IMG/VR virus record: IMGVR_UViG_3300019458_000020
Coordinates: 186,001 to 250,000 of that record
Direction: 5' to 3' (one strand)
Length of the DNA: 64,000 nucleotides
Position 1 is the first letter of the stretch. Every line of letters starts with the position of its first letter. Of the stretch, positions 46,286-56,426 are shown one piece after another. The notes under the pieces are model-generated. The model ran no database searches and was not told where the DNA came from. It saw only the letters and a program-made list of their open reading frames with translations. The position numbers and the translations under genes were made by a program.

Positions 46286-46947
46286 GATGCAGCTTGGCAC
46301 TGTATTGGCGTATATGGCGTTTCCTATTATTATTAGGTATTTCCCCTATCTCTTACAGGCGTCTTACATAACTTGTTGAAACACAACGCCATTTCTATAA
46401 CTTATTATCAAGGGTTTATACAATATTTATAATTATCACGAAATCAACGCTTTAGGCGTCTTTATCGTTAACTTTATCAATAACATCAAGATCCTCTTCA
46501 AGTTGCTCAGGACCCTCCACTTTTCCAGACATACCTACTCCCCGTGCAAGTAGCCAAGCAATTACATTGAGTAAAACGACAATAATAGCACCTAAGACTT
46601 TTAAGGACATATATTAATTTATTGATCAATTACTCCAGGGTACTTTTCCCTGGGTACTTTTTTCTTTTTAGTACTTTTAAGCAATTAGCAGCAACAGCGT
46701 TCTGGGGAGGTACATAGGAGGGGAGCAATTCCAAAGCGCCAAAATATTTTCATATAAATAATTCTGATACGGAGATACGTATTTACATTATTAAGTAAAA
46801 TTTTTACCGTGCCAGGAATTTCTGAAAGTAAAGAACGCACGGAGAGTCAGCATTTTTACTTAATACTTTTTATACAATTAGCTCTGTAGGGGACAAAATG
46901 GGGTGAAGTGGGTCATTGTGGTGCTTATGGGTCAGTCTTCAAAAGTT

Positions 46948-46987
46948 GGGGGGTACCCCCGCGTTGAAACCCTCTCTGTATATAGGG
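46948..46987 (+). repeat. GGGGGTACCCCC...TAGGG family copy
   Basis: GGGGGGTACCCCC...TATAGGG. Confidence 0.75.
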
Positions 46988-47012
46988 TGAGGGCTTTATT
47001 CCGTTGGACAAA

Positions 47013-47333
47013 TCACCGTTTTATAGCTTTTTCATCGAGGTAATCTTTGGCAGACTTCCACTCTTTTATTTTGATTGCGTAATAATGTCTTCCGAAGAAA
47101 GGTTCCCAAATAATTATAACATAACTCTTTTTGACTGGTGCGTCCAAGCCCGTATTTCCGGAATACTGTTCAAGCATAGGTCCGACCAAGATACTTATCT
47201 TTAATCTTTCATTTCTATAATTGAAATGTCTATCAATTAATTTATCTTTATTAGAAGAGACGGCGAGGATAATGAAACTTATTATAAAACCAAAAAATAG
47301 AATAGTCAGTAACGTGGCCCTTTTTACTTTCAT
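47013..47333 (-). CDS. N-terminal TM hypothetical protein (paralog of 50246..50620)
   Basis: TM helix; KKSYVIIIWEPFFG. Confidence 0.7.
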   Translation of the reverse strand: MKVKRATLLTILFFGFIISFIILAVSSNKDKLIDRHFNYRNERLKISILVGPMLEQYSGNTGLDAPVKKSYVIIIWEPFFGRHYYAIKIKEWKSAKDYLDEKAIKR

Positions 47334-47424
47334 AAATATGTAATTGTAACCGGCTTGGCTTTTCTTCCGTCTATGTGTGACCTGTATCCTTTCTTACTTA
47401 TATTCAAGATTCATTATTCTTATT

Positions 47425-47640
47425 TTAGTTTAAGGAACAGAACAATGGTATATCTATTATTTGTTCGTTGAGTATAATAATTCCATTAAAACGTATTAGT
47501 TTTGTTCCTCTATATTGGGTGGAATATCCTAATTGAATTGGTTTCTTTCCGTTTGTAAGTTTATTAACTACGTGAATTACACCAACAATGATAGGAGTCA
47601 GAGCCAACATCCATATTATTATCTTTTTGGAAATTTTCAT
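47425..47640 (-). CDS. small membrane protein
   Basis: N-terminal hydrophobic helix. Confidence 0.55.
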   Translation of the reverse strand: MKISKKIIIWMLALTPIIVGVIHVVNKLTNGKKPIQLGYSTQYRGTKLIRFNGIIILNEQIIDIPLFCSLN

Positions 47641-48013
47641 GATTTATTCTTATTTAAGAATACATTAATTATCCAAATGAGATACATGCAAAGTGGTAAT
47701 AGAAGAAAGATTAGAGATGACCACATGGTTCCCTTTGACAGTAAGACGATGCTCGATGCGAACGCGAGGAAGATGACAATAAATGTCAATAGGGTTTTGA
47801 TTATCACACGTATCATAAATGTGTATTGAGTTTTTTATCCAATTCAATGATTCGTTGTTTTATTTGACGCAGTTTCACTTCAGCATAAATGTTGTATCCT
47901 ATCAATGGAATAAGCAACGTCAACATGGTTATGAGTAGTATCTTTTTCTTTTTATATTTTGTCATACGGTTGAATTCTACACTTATTACCTCTCTACATC
48001 TTTCATTTTCATA

Positions 48014-48328
48014 TTATATACACTCCAATACTTCAGCGAACGCTCGATTCAAATCTCCTTGGTCACAGGCAAGGGGATAACCTTCTGGACCATACTTTGA
48101 AATAATATCCTTGATTCGTTGACGTGCAGGAGACTTCAAGAATGTTTCACGTTTGATTCTTTGTTCATTAGCTTTTCTTGTGGCTTCTTCTTCCGTCAAA
48201 CCCGTTCCACAAACTACTCTTCCATCTGAACAGAATAGAAATTGTCTCCAATAACTTTCATGGAAACCCATACAATTTTCTCCGTTTACTAAATGTGGTG
48301 GTTCATCTTTATTAATGATAGTATTCAT
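48014..48328 (-). CDS. hypothetical protein
   Basis: ATGA overlap. Confidence 0.7.
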   Translation of the reverse strand: MNTIINKDEPPHLVNGENCMGFHESYWRQFLFCSDGRVVCGTGLTEEEATRKANEQRIKRETFLKSPARQRIKDIISKYGPEGYPLACDQGDLNRAFAEVLECI

Positions 48329-49170
48329 TGGATTTTAGAACGGAGATAATTCTTATACATTTCAACGGTCTTTTTGCCGACGGATTTCTTTACGGCTTCG
48401 GATTCCACAATTTCTCCCTTACCTTCTCTCAAAACATCTTCTGTCATGGCAGAGATAATATCTCTCATTTTTTCCATACAATGTCCTGGCAATTTATCCA
48501 AGACATGTTCTAGTCGCATCAAAGTCACCCACTCGTCCGCAACGGCGTTGGCATCATCCAACACTTTAAGTTGTGAAGGGTCAACAACAGGTCTTGGTGT
48601 GGATGTTTCTTTGAAAGAATCTCCCTTATGTTTACAAATAAGTCTCTCACCATTGCTTAGAGTAATTTCAATCAAAGGCCGGAGGACGACACCTTCCCGC
48701 TTTTTTGGTTCTGTGATTCCATTTCTTACTGACTGAACACTTGGTTTGTCTCGTTCGGCATCCAAAGCCACAAGGTCAGTAGAAACTTTTGTATAATCGA
48801 CAAATTCGAGGCCCAATTTCTTTGCTATATCCGCAGCGTCCGGAACTGATAACCAACAATCACCAATTTGAACATCGAAGACAACGAATTTTAGTTCCTT
48901 TCCGTAAGTTGCCGACATTCCTTGTTGACTTCCGCCGTAAGCTTCACCAAAAACTGTTACATCTTTGTCAATAGGCGAACCAAGGTCTTTGAATTGTTGA
49001 ATTAAATTTGTTTCATCAAACAAAGCTACGAAACGTACGTGACTTTCTCCACCAGAGAAGTAACGAATACTTCCATCTGACGGACGAAACGTGACGTGTG
49101 CATAGGTTCCATGAATTTTCTCCAAGGCATAACATTCCTTAAACAAAAGGATTGTCTGTTCTTTATACAA
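48325..49170 (-). CDS. RNA ligase, Rnl2-like
   Basis: motif I EKIHGT, VFGEAYG, FVVFDV, REGVVLRP, LICKHK. Confidence 0.85.
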   Translation of the reverse strand: MYKEQTILLFKECYALEKIHGTYAHVTFRPSDGSIRYFSGGESHVRFVALFDETNLIQQFKDLGSPIDKDVTVFGEAYGGSQQGMSATYGKELKFVVFDVQIGDCWLSVPDAADIAKKLGLEFVDYTKVSTDLVALDAERDKPSVQSVRNGITEPKKREGVVLRPLIEITLSNGERLICKHKGDSFKETSTPRPVVDPSQLKVLDDANAVADEWVTLMRLEHVLDKLPGHCMEKMRDIISAMTEDVLREGKGEIVESEAVKKSVGKKTVEMYKNYLRSKIQ

Positions 49171-49319
49171 GTTACTAATGTGTAAATACCCGATATGTCC
49201 TTTCCGCCCAACAATTTACGTTGGTGCTTGGTTAATTTTGTGTCTCGTCAGATACCATTTTCTTCTGGACTTCTACCACATATTATACACTTGGTTTCTT
49301 GATTGTCAAGCATCACTTA

Positions 49320-49505
49320 TTATTCTTGTTGTCTATTTTGTATCCATCTGCAATCTATTGCCAATCCGTATGGTGCAATCAAATTTTTATCACACTTTAT
49401 ACATTTACATGATACCATACCAGAATCATTACGTGCAGTCAATTCTGAGAGAAGACACACATGATTACAGAATTTTTGTTTTATTAATGTAAAAAATGAT
49501 TTCAT
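49320..49505 (-). CDS. small Cys-rich hypothetical protein
   Basis: FCNH...CKCIKC. Confidence 0.55.
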   Translation of the reverse strand: MKSFFTLIKQKFCNHVCLLSELTARNDSGMVSCKCIKCDKNLIAPYGLAIDCRWIQNRQQE

Positions 49506-49933
49506 TTATTCAAATGAGTCAAACAGTTTTCAAACCCATCAGATAATTCTCTTAATGAAGCAATATGAACGGCATCTCCGTGATTGCGGAGAGATAATCT
49601 CCACACGTCATCAACGAGAATTGAGACGGAACTGGCTACTTCAATTATACCAATTCTGAGAAATTTTGATAAAATTCTCACGTTTGCGTATGGCATTGAA
49701 AATAAGACATAGAAATTGGAAGGGTGTCCTTCACACGAAAAGTATGTGATTCCACCCATTCTTTCGATTGCTTCAACGAAATATGTTACTCCTCGTTCTA
49801 ATGTTGCTGGCCGGTTAAAAATCAAATCATACCGAACAAGAGGCGGTTTCCTATAAGAAATATCCCACGGAGTTTCTAATTCTCCGGGCAATCTTTCTCT
49901 GTATGATTTTTTCATATAACTGGAAAACTCCAT
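49502..49933 (-). CDS. hypothetical protein
   Basis: ITYFSCEGHP. Confidence 0.65.
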   Translation of the reverse strand: MEFSSYMKKSYRERLPGELETPWDISYRKPPLVRYDLIFNRPATLERGVTYFVEAIERMGGITYFSCEGHPSNFYVLFSMPYANVRILSKFLRIGIIEVASSVSILVDDVWRLSLRNHGDAVHIASLRELSDGFENCLTHLNK

Positions 49934-50145
49934 CCCTTTCCGGGATTCTCATTCCATCCTACTCTTTTACCATTTTCAAGCGTCCACCATGAATGAACGT
50001 TACGATGCACTCCCGGCCAAGATTCGATATAACTTTCGTGTTCCGAAACAACTGACAGATGAAGAAACTTAGCAGCCCGAGTATCCATAAATGACCGAAA
50101 GAATTCTTGTGGTAATACATCTCTGAGTGTTTTCATGATTGACAA
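49912..50145 (-). CDS. hypothetical protein
   Basis: leaderless promoter on minus strand. Confidence 0.7.
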   Translation of the reverse strand: MSIMKTLRDVLPQEFFRSFMDTRAAKFLHLSVVSEHESYIESWPGVHRNVHSWWTLENGKRVGWNENPGKGWSFPVI

Positions 50146-50192
50146 TTATAACACCGATGTATAAAAAGTCAAGGGTGGTTTATTTCACTGGT

Positions 50193-50234
50193 GGGGGTAC
50201 CCCCCAAAAAAAAGAATCCACCAACGGTATAGGG
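50193..50234 (+). repeat. GGGGGTACCCCC...TAGGG family copy
   Basis: GGGGGTACCCCCC...GGTATAGGG. Confidence 0.75.
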
Positions 50235-50245
50235 AGAGGATATAT

Positions 50246-50620
50246 TTACAAATCCCCACGTTGGCGATGATACTCTATTAAATCTTCAGACATTTGAATT
50301 GCTATTTCTTCTTTGTAATATTCTTCCATCGTCCACGATTTTGATTGGAATCGAAAATCGTGTGAACCAAATAAAGGTTGGAAGAAAAATACTATATAGC
50401 TTTGTTTAACTATTCCATTCTTTATCTCTATATAAGTTCCACCTGAAACACGAACCTTGAAGACATCGTTCGTATAATCCCAAAATTTATTACGACGTTC
50501 GTTAAAAAAAGAATTAAGACTAGAATGTAGAAATAAACCCAAAACAAGAATGAACGTTGATATACACAGATGTTTCATTCTAAATTTTTTCATATCAAAA
50601 TTTTTCCGTAAAAGATTCAT
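50246..50620 (-). CDS. N-terminal TM hypothetical protein (paralog of 47013..47333)
   Basis: TM helix; KQSYIVFFFQPLFG. Confidence 0.7.
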   Translation of the reverse strand: MNLLRKNFDMKKFRMKHLCISTFILVLGLFLHSSLNSFFNERRNKFWDYTNDVFKVRVSGGTYIEIKNGIVKQSYIVFFFQPLFGSHDFRFQSKSWTMEEYYKEEIAIQMSEDLIEYHRQRGDL

Positions 50621-50783
50621 CAGAATCGGCTTCCTCCTGTTTTATCATCGCCTGATGTATATACGCCCTATCTCCAAACGGATACCCCCATAGTTCCCAT
50701 CCCTGTTCTAAGTATTTATTAACGGCATTAGTTAAACATGATGGAGTTTCGCTGAGAATTTTGTATTTAATGATAGTATTCAT
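50595..50783 (-). CDS. DUF1737-like protein
   Basis: YKIL...VNKYLEQGWELWGYP...QAMIK. Confidence 0.7.
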   Translation of the reverse strand: MNTIIKYKILSETPSCLTNAVNKYLEQGWELWGYPFGDRAYIHQAMIKQEEADSDESFTEKF

Positions 50784-50837
50784 AATTAATGGTAAAGTAA
50801 TTTGTCATGATTTATTTCCTACATTCTTTTTATCTTA

Positions 50838-51149
50838 TCACTCGTAGAATATTTTCCATAAAAATTGATAAATTTCTTTTTGTCTTTGAAGTTCGTCTTT
50901 GCAAGATTGAACCGACTCTATACAATATCTAACAGATTCATTAGCCGCATCAGATTTTGGACAAACACCTAAATTATCTGCATCTAATTGATGAGCCCAT
51001 TCTTTTCTAACTTCTGCTGAAGCTAATTCAGACTGAGATTGGATAAGATTTTCTGTACATCTATCGACTTCACATTGAATGAGTCTTAGAACGTATTTCG
51101 CTTTGTCAGCATCGGTCATTGTTTTCATAATGGAATGGCTGGACACCAA
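50838..51149 (-). CDS. hypothetical coiled-coil protein
   Basis: ORF track. Confidence 0.6.
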   Translation of the reverse strand: MVSSHSIMKTMTDADKAKYVLRLIQCEVDRCTENLIQSQSELASAEVRKEWAHQLDADNLGVCPKSDAANESVRYCIESVQSCKDELQRQKEIYQFLWKIFYE

Positions 51150-51388
51150 GCACCATGTCTATTTTCAGAGGAGTGTCCGTCTTTATCTTTAATTTCTTGT
51201 AGATATCTTTCCCAAGCAGAAATTGTCTGATCAAGAAATCCGGCTTCCCATTGAAGCAAACAATCTCTTGCACAAACAACTCCACGTTCATGACCCAAAG
51301 CACCATCAACTAATTCAACAATTTGAACGATACGTCTTTGTTCATTCATTGGTAAAATCCTGTGATTGATAGTCTTCTTCAAGTTCAC
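51125..51388 (-). CDS. hypothetical protein
   Basis: ORF track. Confidence 0.55.
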   Translation of the reverse strand: MNLKKTINHRILPMNEQRRIVQIVELVDGALGHERGVVCARDCLLQWEAGFLDQTISAWERYLQEIKDKDGHSSENRHGAWCPAIPL

Positions 51389-51617
51389 TCAAATCGCTAA
51401 ATACTTCTAATATCATTGTATCTTCATCCGTCAACCATCCTTCGGAATTTAAGTATTCATAGGCAGTTCTTCCGTCTCTCCATTGAAGCTCTAATTGGTC
51501 TTCGGCACTCAATCCTTCATATTCTCCATAAATAGAAATAACTTTGTGCCATTGTTGCCAGTTAGATTCAAGAATGACCACCAACTGTTCATTTAAAACG
51601 TGTTTAGTTTTTGACAT
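51342..51617 (-). CDS. acidic hypothetical protein
   Basis: ORF track. Confidence 0.65.
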   Translation of the reverse strand: MSKTKHVLNEQLVVILESNWQQWHKVISIYGEYEGLSAEDQLELQWRDGRTAYEYLNSEGWLTDEDTMILEVFSDLSELEEDYQSQDFTNE

Positions 51618-51618
51618 A

Positions 51619-51981
51619 TTATGATAATTCTACAGTAAGTTTAGTTTTTACCGATTTGGGAAGGGCCTCAATAATTCGGTAATCCTCTTTTTGATTATTT
51701 TCCACCCATTTACGAAGTTCCTCCATCCCCTCGGGAGTATTATTAAATGCAATATATGTCACTATCGACTTATAATGTGCTGGATATCCGTGACCGGGAC
51801 ATTGAATACTTCGTTCGTCGCCGGGAACATAAACAGAATCAAGATGAAGAACGGCTGTATGTGGAACGGCGGGAAAGTCGGAACTTTGGGAACAGTATTT
51901 CATATTATTTCTTTCTATTTCTCTTTTTTGTAAAAGTGAATGTGGCCGGATAATAATTTTCATTGTATCCGGGTTTATCAT
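51619..51981 (-). CDS. hypothetical protein (start uncertain)
   Basis: IQCPGHGYPAH. Confidence 0.6.
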   Translation of the reverse strand: MINPDTMKIIIRPHSLLQKREIERNNMKYCSQSSDFPAVPHTAVLHLDSVYVPGDERSIQCPGHGYPAHYKSIVTYIAFNNTPEGMEELRKWVENNQKEDYRIIEALPKSVKTKLTVELS

Positions 51982-52252
51982 ATTCTACCTTCCATCCATT
52001 TTTCTCAAAAATGGGCTCAATATCAAGATAACCGGCATTAAATATTTCATCTCCGTTAATCTTTCCGTTATATTTAGTAATAATTTCATCAACTAATTCA
52101 TTTTGAGTGAACTCGGCGTTTTGTTTTTGGTCACTCCAATTATTTACTATGCATTCATTGACAGCCTTAATAACCAAAGGAGGAATTTTTTTCGATTTAA
52201 CTTTGCCTACATCTTCTGGTCTAATTGGTTTCATATTAGTATAAATCTTCAC
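51905..52252 (-). CDS. hypothetical phage protein
   Basis: YLDIEPIFEKNGWKVEYDKPGYNE. Confidence 0.75.
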   Translation of the reverse strand: MKIYTNMKPIRPEDVGKVKSKKIPPLVIKAVNECIVNNWSDQKQNAEFTQNELVDEIITKYNGKINGDEIFNAGYLDIEPIFEKNGWKVEYDKPGYNENYYPATFTFTKKRNRKK

Positions 52253-52538
52253 TAAATAATTCTTTTGAATTAAATTTTAGTTTTTTTATTTGTCCACGTT
52301 GTAAAGCAATTTTTGCTGCCTCTTCTCTATCAACAAATTTTCCATCATCCGTTACGAATCCTTGTGTATGTTCTCCACCAACTTTTTTGACTCCGGTTTC
52401 AGCAATAATTTTACTAATTACATCATGGTGTCTTCTTCCAGTAAAAACTACTCCGTTGAATAGTATTGCTGACTCCTTTATCATATTATGCCACTTTACG
52501 TTCCTTTCTTTCAAGAATAGGCAACTCCCTACCGTCAA
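52236..52538 (-). CDS. hypothetical phage protein
   Basis: GRRHHD...[16 protein letters not shown]...LFSEDLY. Confidence 0.75.
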   Translation of the reverse strand: MTVGSCLFLKERNVKWHNMIKESAILFNGVVFTGRRHHDVISKIIAETGVKKVGGEHTQGFVTDDGKFVDREEAAKIALQRGQIKKLKFNSKELFSEDLY

Positions 52539-53739
52539 CCACGTCTTCTGTAATCTTACAAGAAACTACATCACTATTAGGAATATCAAACATGACATTC
52601 AACATGAGTTTTTCGACCAATCCACGAAGAGCACGGGCACCTGTTCCTTTTTTAATGGCGATGTTGGCCAAACGTTTCAAGGCTTCATCCGTAAAATTCA
52701 AGGAAACACCTTCCAATTCAAATAACTTTGTATATTGACGAATCAAGGCATTCCTTGGTTTGGTCAAAATATCAATCAACTGAGATTCAGTCAATGGTTT
52801 AAGAGAAGTAATCATAGGCAACCGACCAATGAATTCAGGAATGAATCCGAATTCAGCCAAATCCTCCGGTTCCACATGTTCTAAAATTTCAGACGAAGAA
52901 ATTTCTTCTTCTGGAATAAATGTATCTCTGAATCCCATTGTTCTACCAGAAGCACCATCCATACGTTTCCGAACAATATTTTCCAATCCATTAAAAGCAC
53001 CACCACAGATAAAAAGAATCGAACTGGTATCAACTTTAATATATTCTTGTCCGGGATGTTTTCTTCCACCTTGAGGCGGCACATTACAAATAGTTCCTTC
53101 GATAATTTTTAATAGTGCCTGTTGAACACCTTCACCAGAAACGTCTCTCGTAATTGAAGGTCCATTACTTTTCTTGGTAATTTTATCAATTTCATCAATG
53201 TAAACAATTCCCTGTTGTGCCTTTTGAACATCGAAGTCGGCATTTTGTAAAAGACGAAGAATCACATTCTCCACGTCTTCACCGACATAACCGGCTTCAG
53301 TAAGTGTAGTGGCATCAGAAATAGAAAAAGGAACACCCAATGATTTTGCCAAAGAACGTGCCAGAAGAGTTTTTCCTGAACCTGTATTTCCGATAAGAAG
53401 AATGTTACTCTTTTCTAATTCCACTTCACCGGCTTTATTTTCATGTAACAGTCTTTTATAATGATTGTGAACAGCTACGGAAAGAGTCCTCTTTGTATGT
53501 TCTTGTCCAATACAATATTCATCAAGACCTTCTTTGACTTCGATTGGTAGGGGAATTTTGGAAATGGTCTTTGGTGCCTTTCCGGCGAGCTTGAGAGATT
53601 CTTTATCCATCACACTTTGACATAGAGTGACGCAATTATTACAAATATATACCCCCGGCCCCTGAATCAATTTTTGAACTTCGGCATGGGATTTACCACA
53701 GAAACTACACATTGTTGTTGGGGTTTTCTTTGAACTCAT
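52486..53739 (-). CDS. clpX: ATP-dependent Clp protease ATP-binding subunit ClpX
   Basis: CSFCGKS Zn finger, [44 protein letters not shown] loop. Confidence 0.98.
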   Translation of the reverse strand: MSSKKTPTTMCSFCGKSHAEVQKLIQGPGVYICNNCVTLCQSVMDKESLKLAGKAPKTISKIPLPIEVKEGLDEYCIGQEHTKRTLSVAVHNHYKRLLHENKAGEVELEKSNILLIGNTGSGKTLLARSLAKSLGVPFSISDATTLTEAGYVGEDVENVILRLLQNADFDVQKAQQGIVYIDEIDKITKKSNGPSITRDVSGEGVQQALLKIIEGTICNVPPQGGRKHPGQEYIKVDTSSILFICGGAFNGLENIVRKRMDGASGRTMGFRDTFIPEEEISSSEILEHVEPEDLAEFGFIPEFIGRLPMITSLKPLTESQLIDILTKPRNALIRQYTKLFELEGVSLNFTDEALKRLANIAIKKGTGARALRGLVEKLMLNVMFDIPNSDVVSCKITEDVVDGRELPILERKERKVA

Positions 53740-53975
53740 ATTATTTCTTTTATTATTCCGTGTTTTAGTTTTGGGTTTACACCCACAGAATCGAAGATTT
53801 TTTCATCCTTGTGAAACAAAACGTAGTTTCCGTTGACTAATCTTACGAGTCTTGTATCATTAACATTAAACGGATTGTATCTAATTGTCAAGGAGTTTGT
53901 TAGAGTTTTTTTAACGTCTATCCACGTCTTGAACCGAAGTTCCACCAGCATCCTTGACACCGGAAAGGATCTCAA
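53736..53975 (-). CDS. hypothetical protein
   Basis: ORF track. Confidence 0.55.
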   Translation of the reverse strand: MRSFPVSRMLVELRFKTWIDVKKTLTNSLTIRYNPFNVNDTRLVRLVNGNYVLFHKDEKIFDSVGVNPKLKHGIIKEII

Positions 53976-54047
53976 TGAGAATTTGATTGAGGTTTGTTGT
54001 TACAGTGGGAGTAACACTATCTAAGATGGTTGTCGATACCGAATTTG

Positions 54048-54254
54048 TCATGGTGGCAATCTACCACCATTAGTCATGTTGTCAACACTTTTTTTATTTT
54101 GTTCCTCTTCTTCTTTCTCCTTGGCAATCAATATCTTGTAATGTTTTATTCCAGTGATTAAATGATATAGTAACCAGATTAATAAACAGAATAAAAGACT
54201 GAGGACAAAAATCCACACCTTATCATCAAATGAAAGATACGACAAAAATACCAT
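54048..54254 (-). CDS. small membrane protein
   Basis: TM helix; TATTTATA upstream. Confidence 0.65.
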   Translation of the reverse strand: MVFLSYLSFDDKVWIFVLSLLFCLLIWLLYHLITGIKHYKILIAKEKEEEEQNKKSVDNMTNGGRLPP

Positions 54255-54391
54255 GCTCTATAAATAGAACCAATAGAATATGATATTAAGGAAATTGAAA
54301 ATCACTTCACCGACAACTAATGATAAATAAAAAGCCAGAAAACAAAGTATAATTATCTCTAATGCACAAAAGAAATTTTCTATGTATTTTT

Positions 54392-54799
54392 TCATATCCC
54401 ATCCATTTCATTCATTATTTGATCCATTTCGGTGTGCGAATCAGGAACAACAGGCATCGATCTTTCTGGTATATTAGAAGAAATTTCTTCTGGAAATAAA
54501 GTGGCTTTATAGGCAGACACCAATTCATCATCCAATTTCCCTTGATAATCTACAGCCTCACGATAAAGGGATTGAAATTTTTCTTTTTTATCAGGTATTT
54601 CATTGATGTGAAGTAAATATATTGCCACACAAGAACGAAGGGAGGTCATATATTTAATTTCCAAACCTTCTTCTAATTGAATGTATTCAAAATTTGATAA
54701 ACCTAATTGGTATGCAGCTGATTTTATTGAATACCCTGTAGATTCTCTAGTGTATCTGAGATATTCACCAAATATAACGATTGGATTTTTTACTTCCAT
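54392..54799 (-). CDS. XRE-like HTH protein
   Basis: FGEYLRYTRESTGYSIKSAAYQLGLS..EYIQLEEG. Confidence 0.7.
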   Translation of the reverse strand: MEVKNPIVIFGEYLRYTRESTGYSIKSAAYQLGLSNFEYIQLEEGLEIKYMTSLRSCVAIYLLHINEIPDKKEKFQSLYREAVDYQGKLDDELVSAYKATLFPEEISSNIPERSMPVVPDSHTEMDQIMNEMDGI

Positions 54800-54876
54800 A
54801 ATCGGTTTATAGTTTTTTGCTGGCCTTCAAATATATCAGTAATAACAACACAATCAAACATAACCAATGGATTGTA

Positions 54877-55065
54877 TCAATAACTCCAATTGTTATCATA
54901 CGTTGTTTTGGGTTTATTTTTGTAATACCGTCTGATATCTTTTATCATGAGAGAAATATCTCGAATTATCATCACAAATCCGAAGAGGATGAATCCGTAA
55001 TAAAGAATCTTAAAAATTCCTTTAAGAATATCGCCCATAATCAACCCCTTTGATTCCACAAACAA
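54877..55065 (-). CDS. small membrane protein
   Basis: TM helix. Confidence 0.55.
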   Translation of the reverse strand: MFVESKGLIMGDILKGIFKILYYGFILFGFVMIIRDISLMIKDIRRYYKNKPKTTYDNNWSY

Positions 55066-55288
55066 ATCTTCGCCATAACCAAACTATTGAATAGATGGTC
55101 ATTAGTACTAAATAAGTAAATGCTAATGGAACGATAATCATTTGTTTTTGGTGTAATAATAACAAAGAAATCCAAAAAATAGAATAGAACCAATCAATCC
55201 TGATTTAGATTCTGTAGTTGGATTGACCGAGCAGGCGAGTATCGATAATATGACGGCCAATGTTGTCAATCCTATTACTATGAGTTTT

Positions 55289-55603
55289 TTATTCATTTGA
55301 TATAATTATTCGGAATGGTTTAGAGATGTAAATTTCCTGTTGATTACTTAATTGAAAGTAAACGAATCCGTTGTTAACAATTGGTTTATTAAATGTTTTC
55401 CAATTTGTTACGACGTGGCCCCTTTCATTTAATTGTTCTATGATACAAATTTGTTTTGTAGATATTTTTTTCTTTTGGAAATTTATTGGTGGAGAAAAAT
55501 AAAAAGTTCCGCTTAGTATTGTCAGCCAAATCATTATTAGACCAATCAAAATCATTAATATATTTGTGTAATTTTTTTTCATATAATGAATTAATTTATT
55601 CAT
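55289..55603 (-). CDS. membrane-anchored hypothetical protein
   Basis: N-terminal TM. Confidence 0.65.
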   Translation of the reverse strand: MNKLIHYMKKNYTNILMILIGLIMIWLTILSGTFYFSPPINFQKKKISTKQICIIEQLNERGHVVTNWKTFNKPIVNNGFVYFQLSNQQEIYISKPFRIIISNE

Positions 55604-56426
55604 AAGATGGTATCATTCTTTGTAATTCTTGTGGTTGTTCTGTAAATTTCCAACAAGGTTTGACTATCCAACGTGTTCTTTCCACGTAATCACCGGAAGA
55701 CAATATGGCATTTCTTAACACCGCGTTGTGTTTATAATCCGGGTCAATGTAAGTTTCCTTAACAATTAATCGTCCATGACGAAATCCCTTTGGATAATCC
55801 ACTGCCCAACTTTTCTCTTTTTCAAAAATCATATCAATCATCTCTGATTGACTTTTACCATTTAATTGTTTGTGAGAAAATAATGATTGTGCAACCATTG
55901 ACACACTGTTTCGGATACAATCTTGTTGTCTCCAAACAAAATAATTATAAACTTCCGTTGGGTCAGGAATGGTGAAAACACGAGCATCAAAGAAAGCCAA
56001 TTTCATTGCTTCGACGATGACTTTATCTGTACTCACTTTCTTTTGGTCGGATAAATTCATCCATCTAGCTCGTCGGAGCATATTGAATTCGGCAGTCATG
56101 ATACTCGAAGAAACACTCACCATTTTTTGAATATTTCCATCAAACCAAGCACAAGTTTGTGGCGTGGCAAAATCAGTCAATAATAGAGAAATTTCATCGG
56201 ATTGAGTGTAAGCAAATACAACTCCTTGAACTTCTTTACATAAAGAAATAATGGAATTATCCATGTCGTCAAACAACCCTTGGTCGAATGGTTTTGTTAA
56301 ACCTTTGGTGTAAGTGTGGAAACTTTTACCGTCAAGTCTAAGTATAGAATACGTTCGTCGGGGAAGAAACGTTCTAGTTCTATCCTCATAATTTAATTTC
56401 ATTCTGTCGCCTAACGTATCTTTCAT
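55596..56426 (-). CDS. thg1: tRNA-His guanylyltransferase Thg1-like
   Basis: DRMK.NYE, ILRLDGKSFHTYT, YTQSDEISLLL, FDARVF, WRQQDCIRNS. Confidence 0.95.
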   Translation of the reverse strand: MKDTLGDRMKLNYEDRTRTFLPRRTYSILRLDGKSFHTYTKGLTKPFDQGLFDDMDNSIISLCKEVQGVVFAYTQSDEISLLLTDFATPQTCAWFDGNIQKMVSVSSSIMTAEFNMLRRARWMNLSDQKKVSTDKVIVEAMKLAFFDARVFTIPDPTEVYNYFVWRQQDCIRNSVSMVAQSLFSHKQLNGKSQSEMIDMIFEKEKSWAVDYPKGFRHGRLIVKETYIDPDYKHNAVLRNAILSSGDYVERTRWIVKPCWKFTEQPQELQRMIPSYE

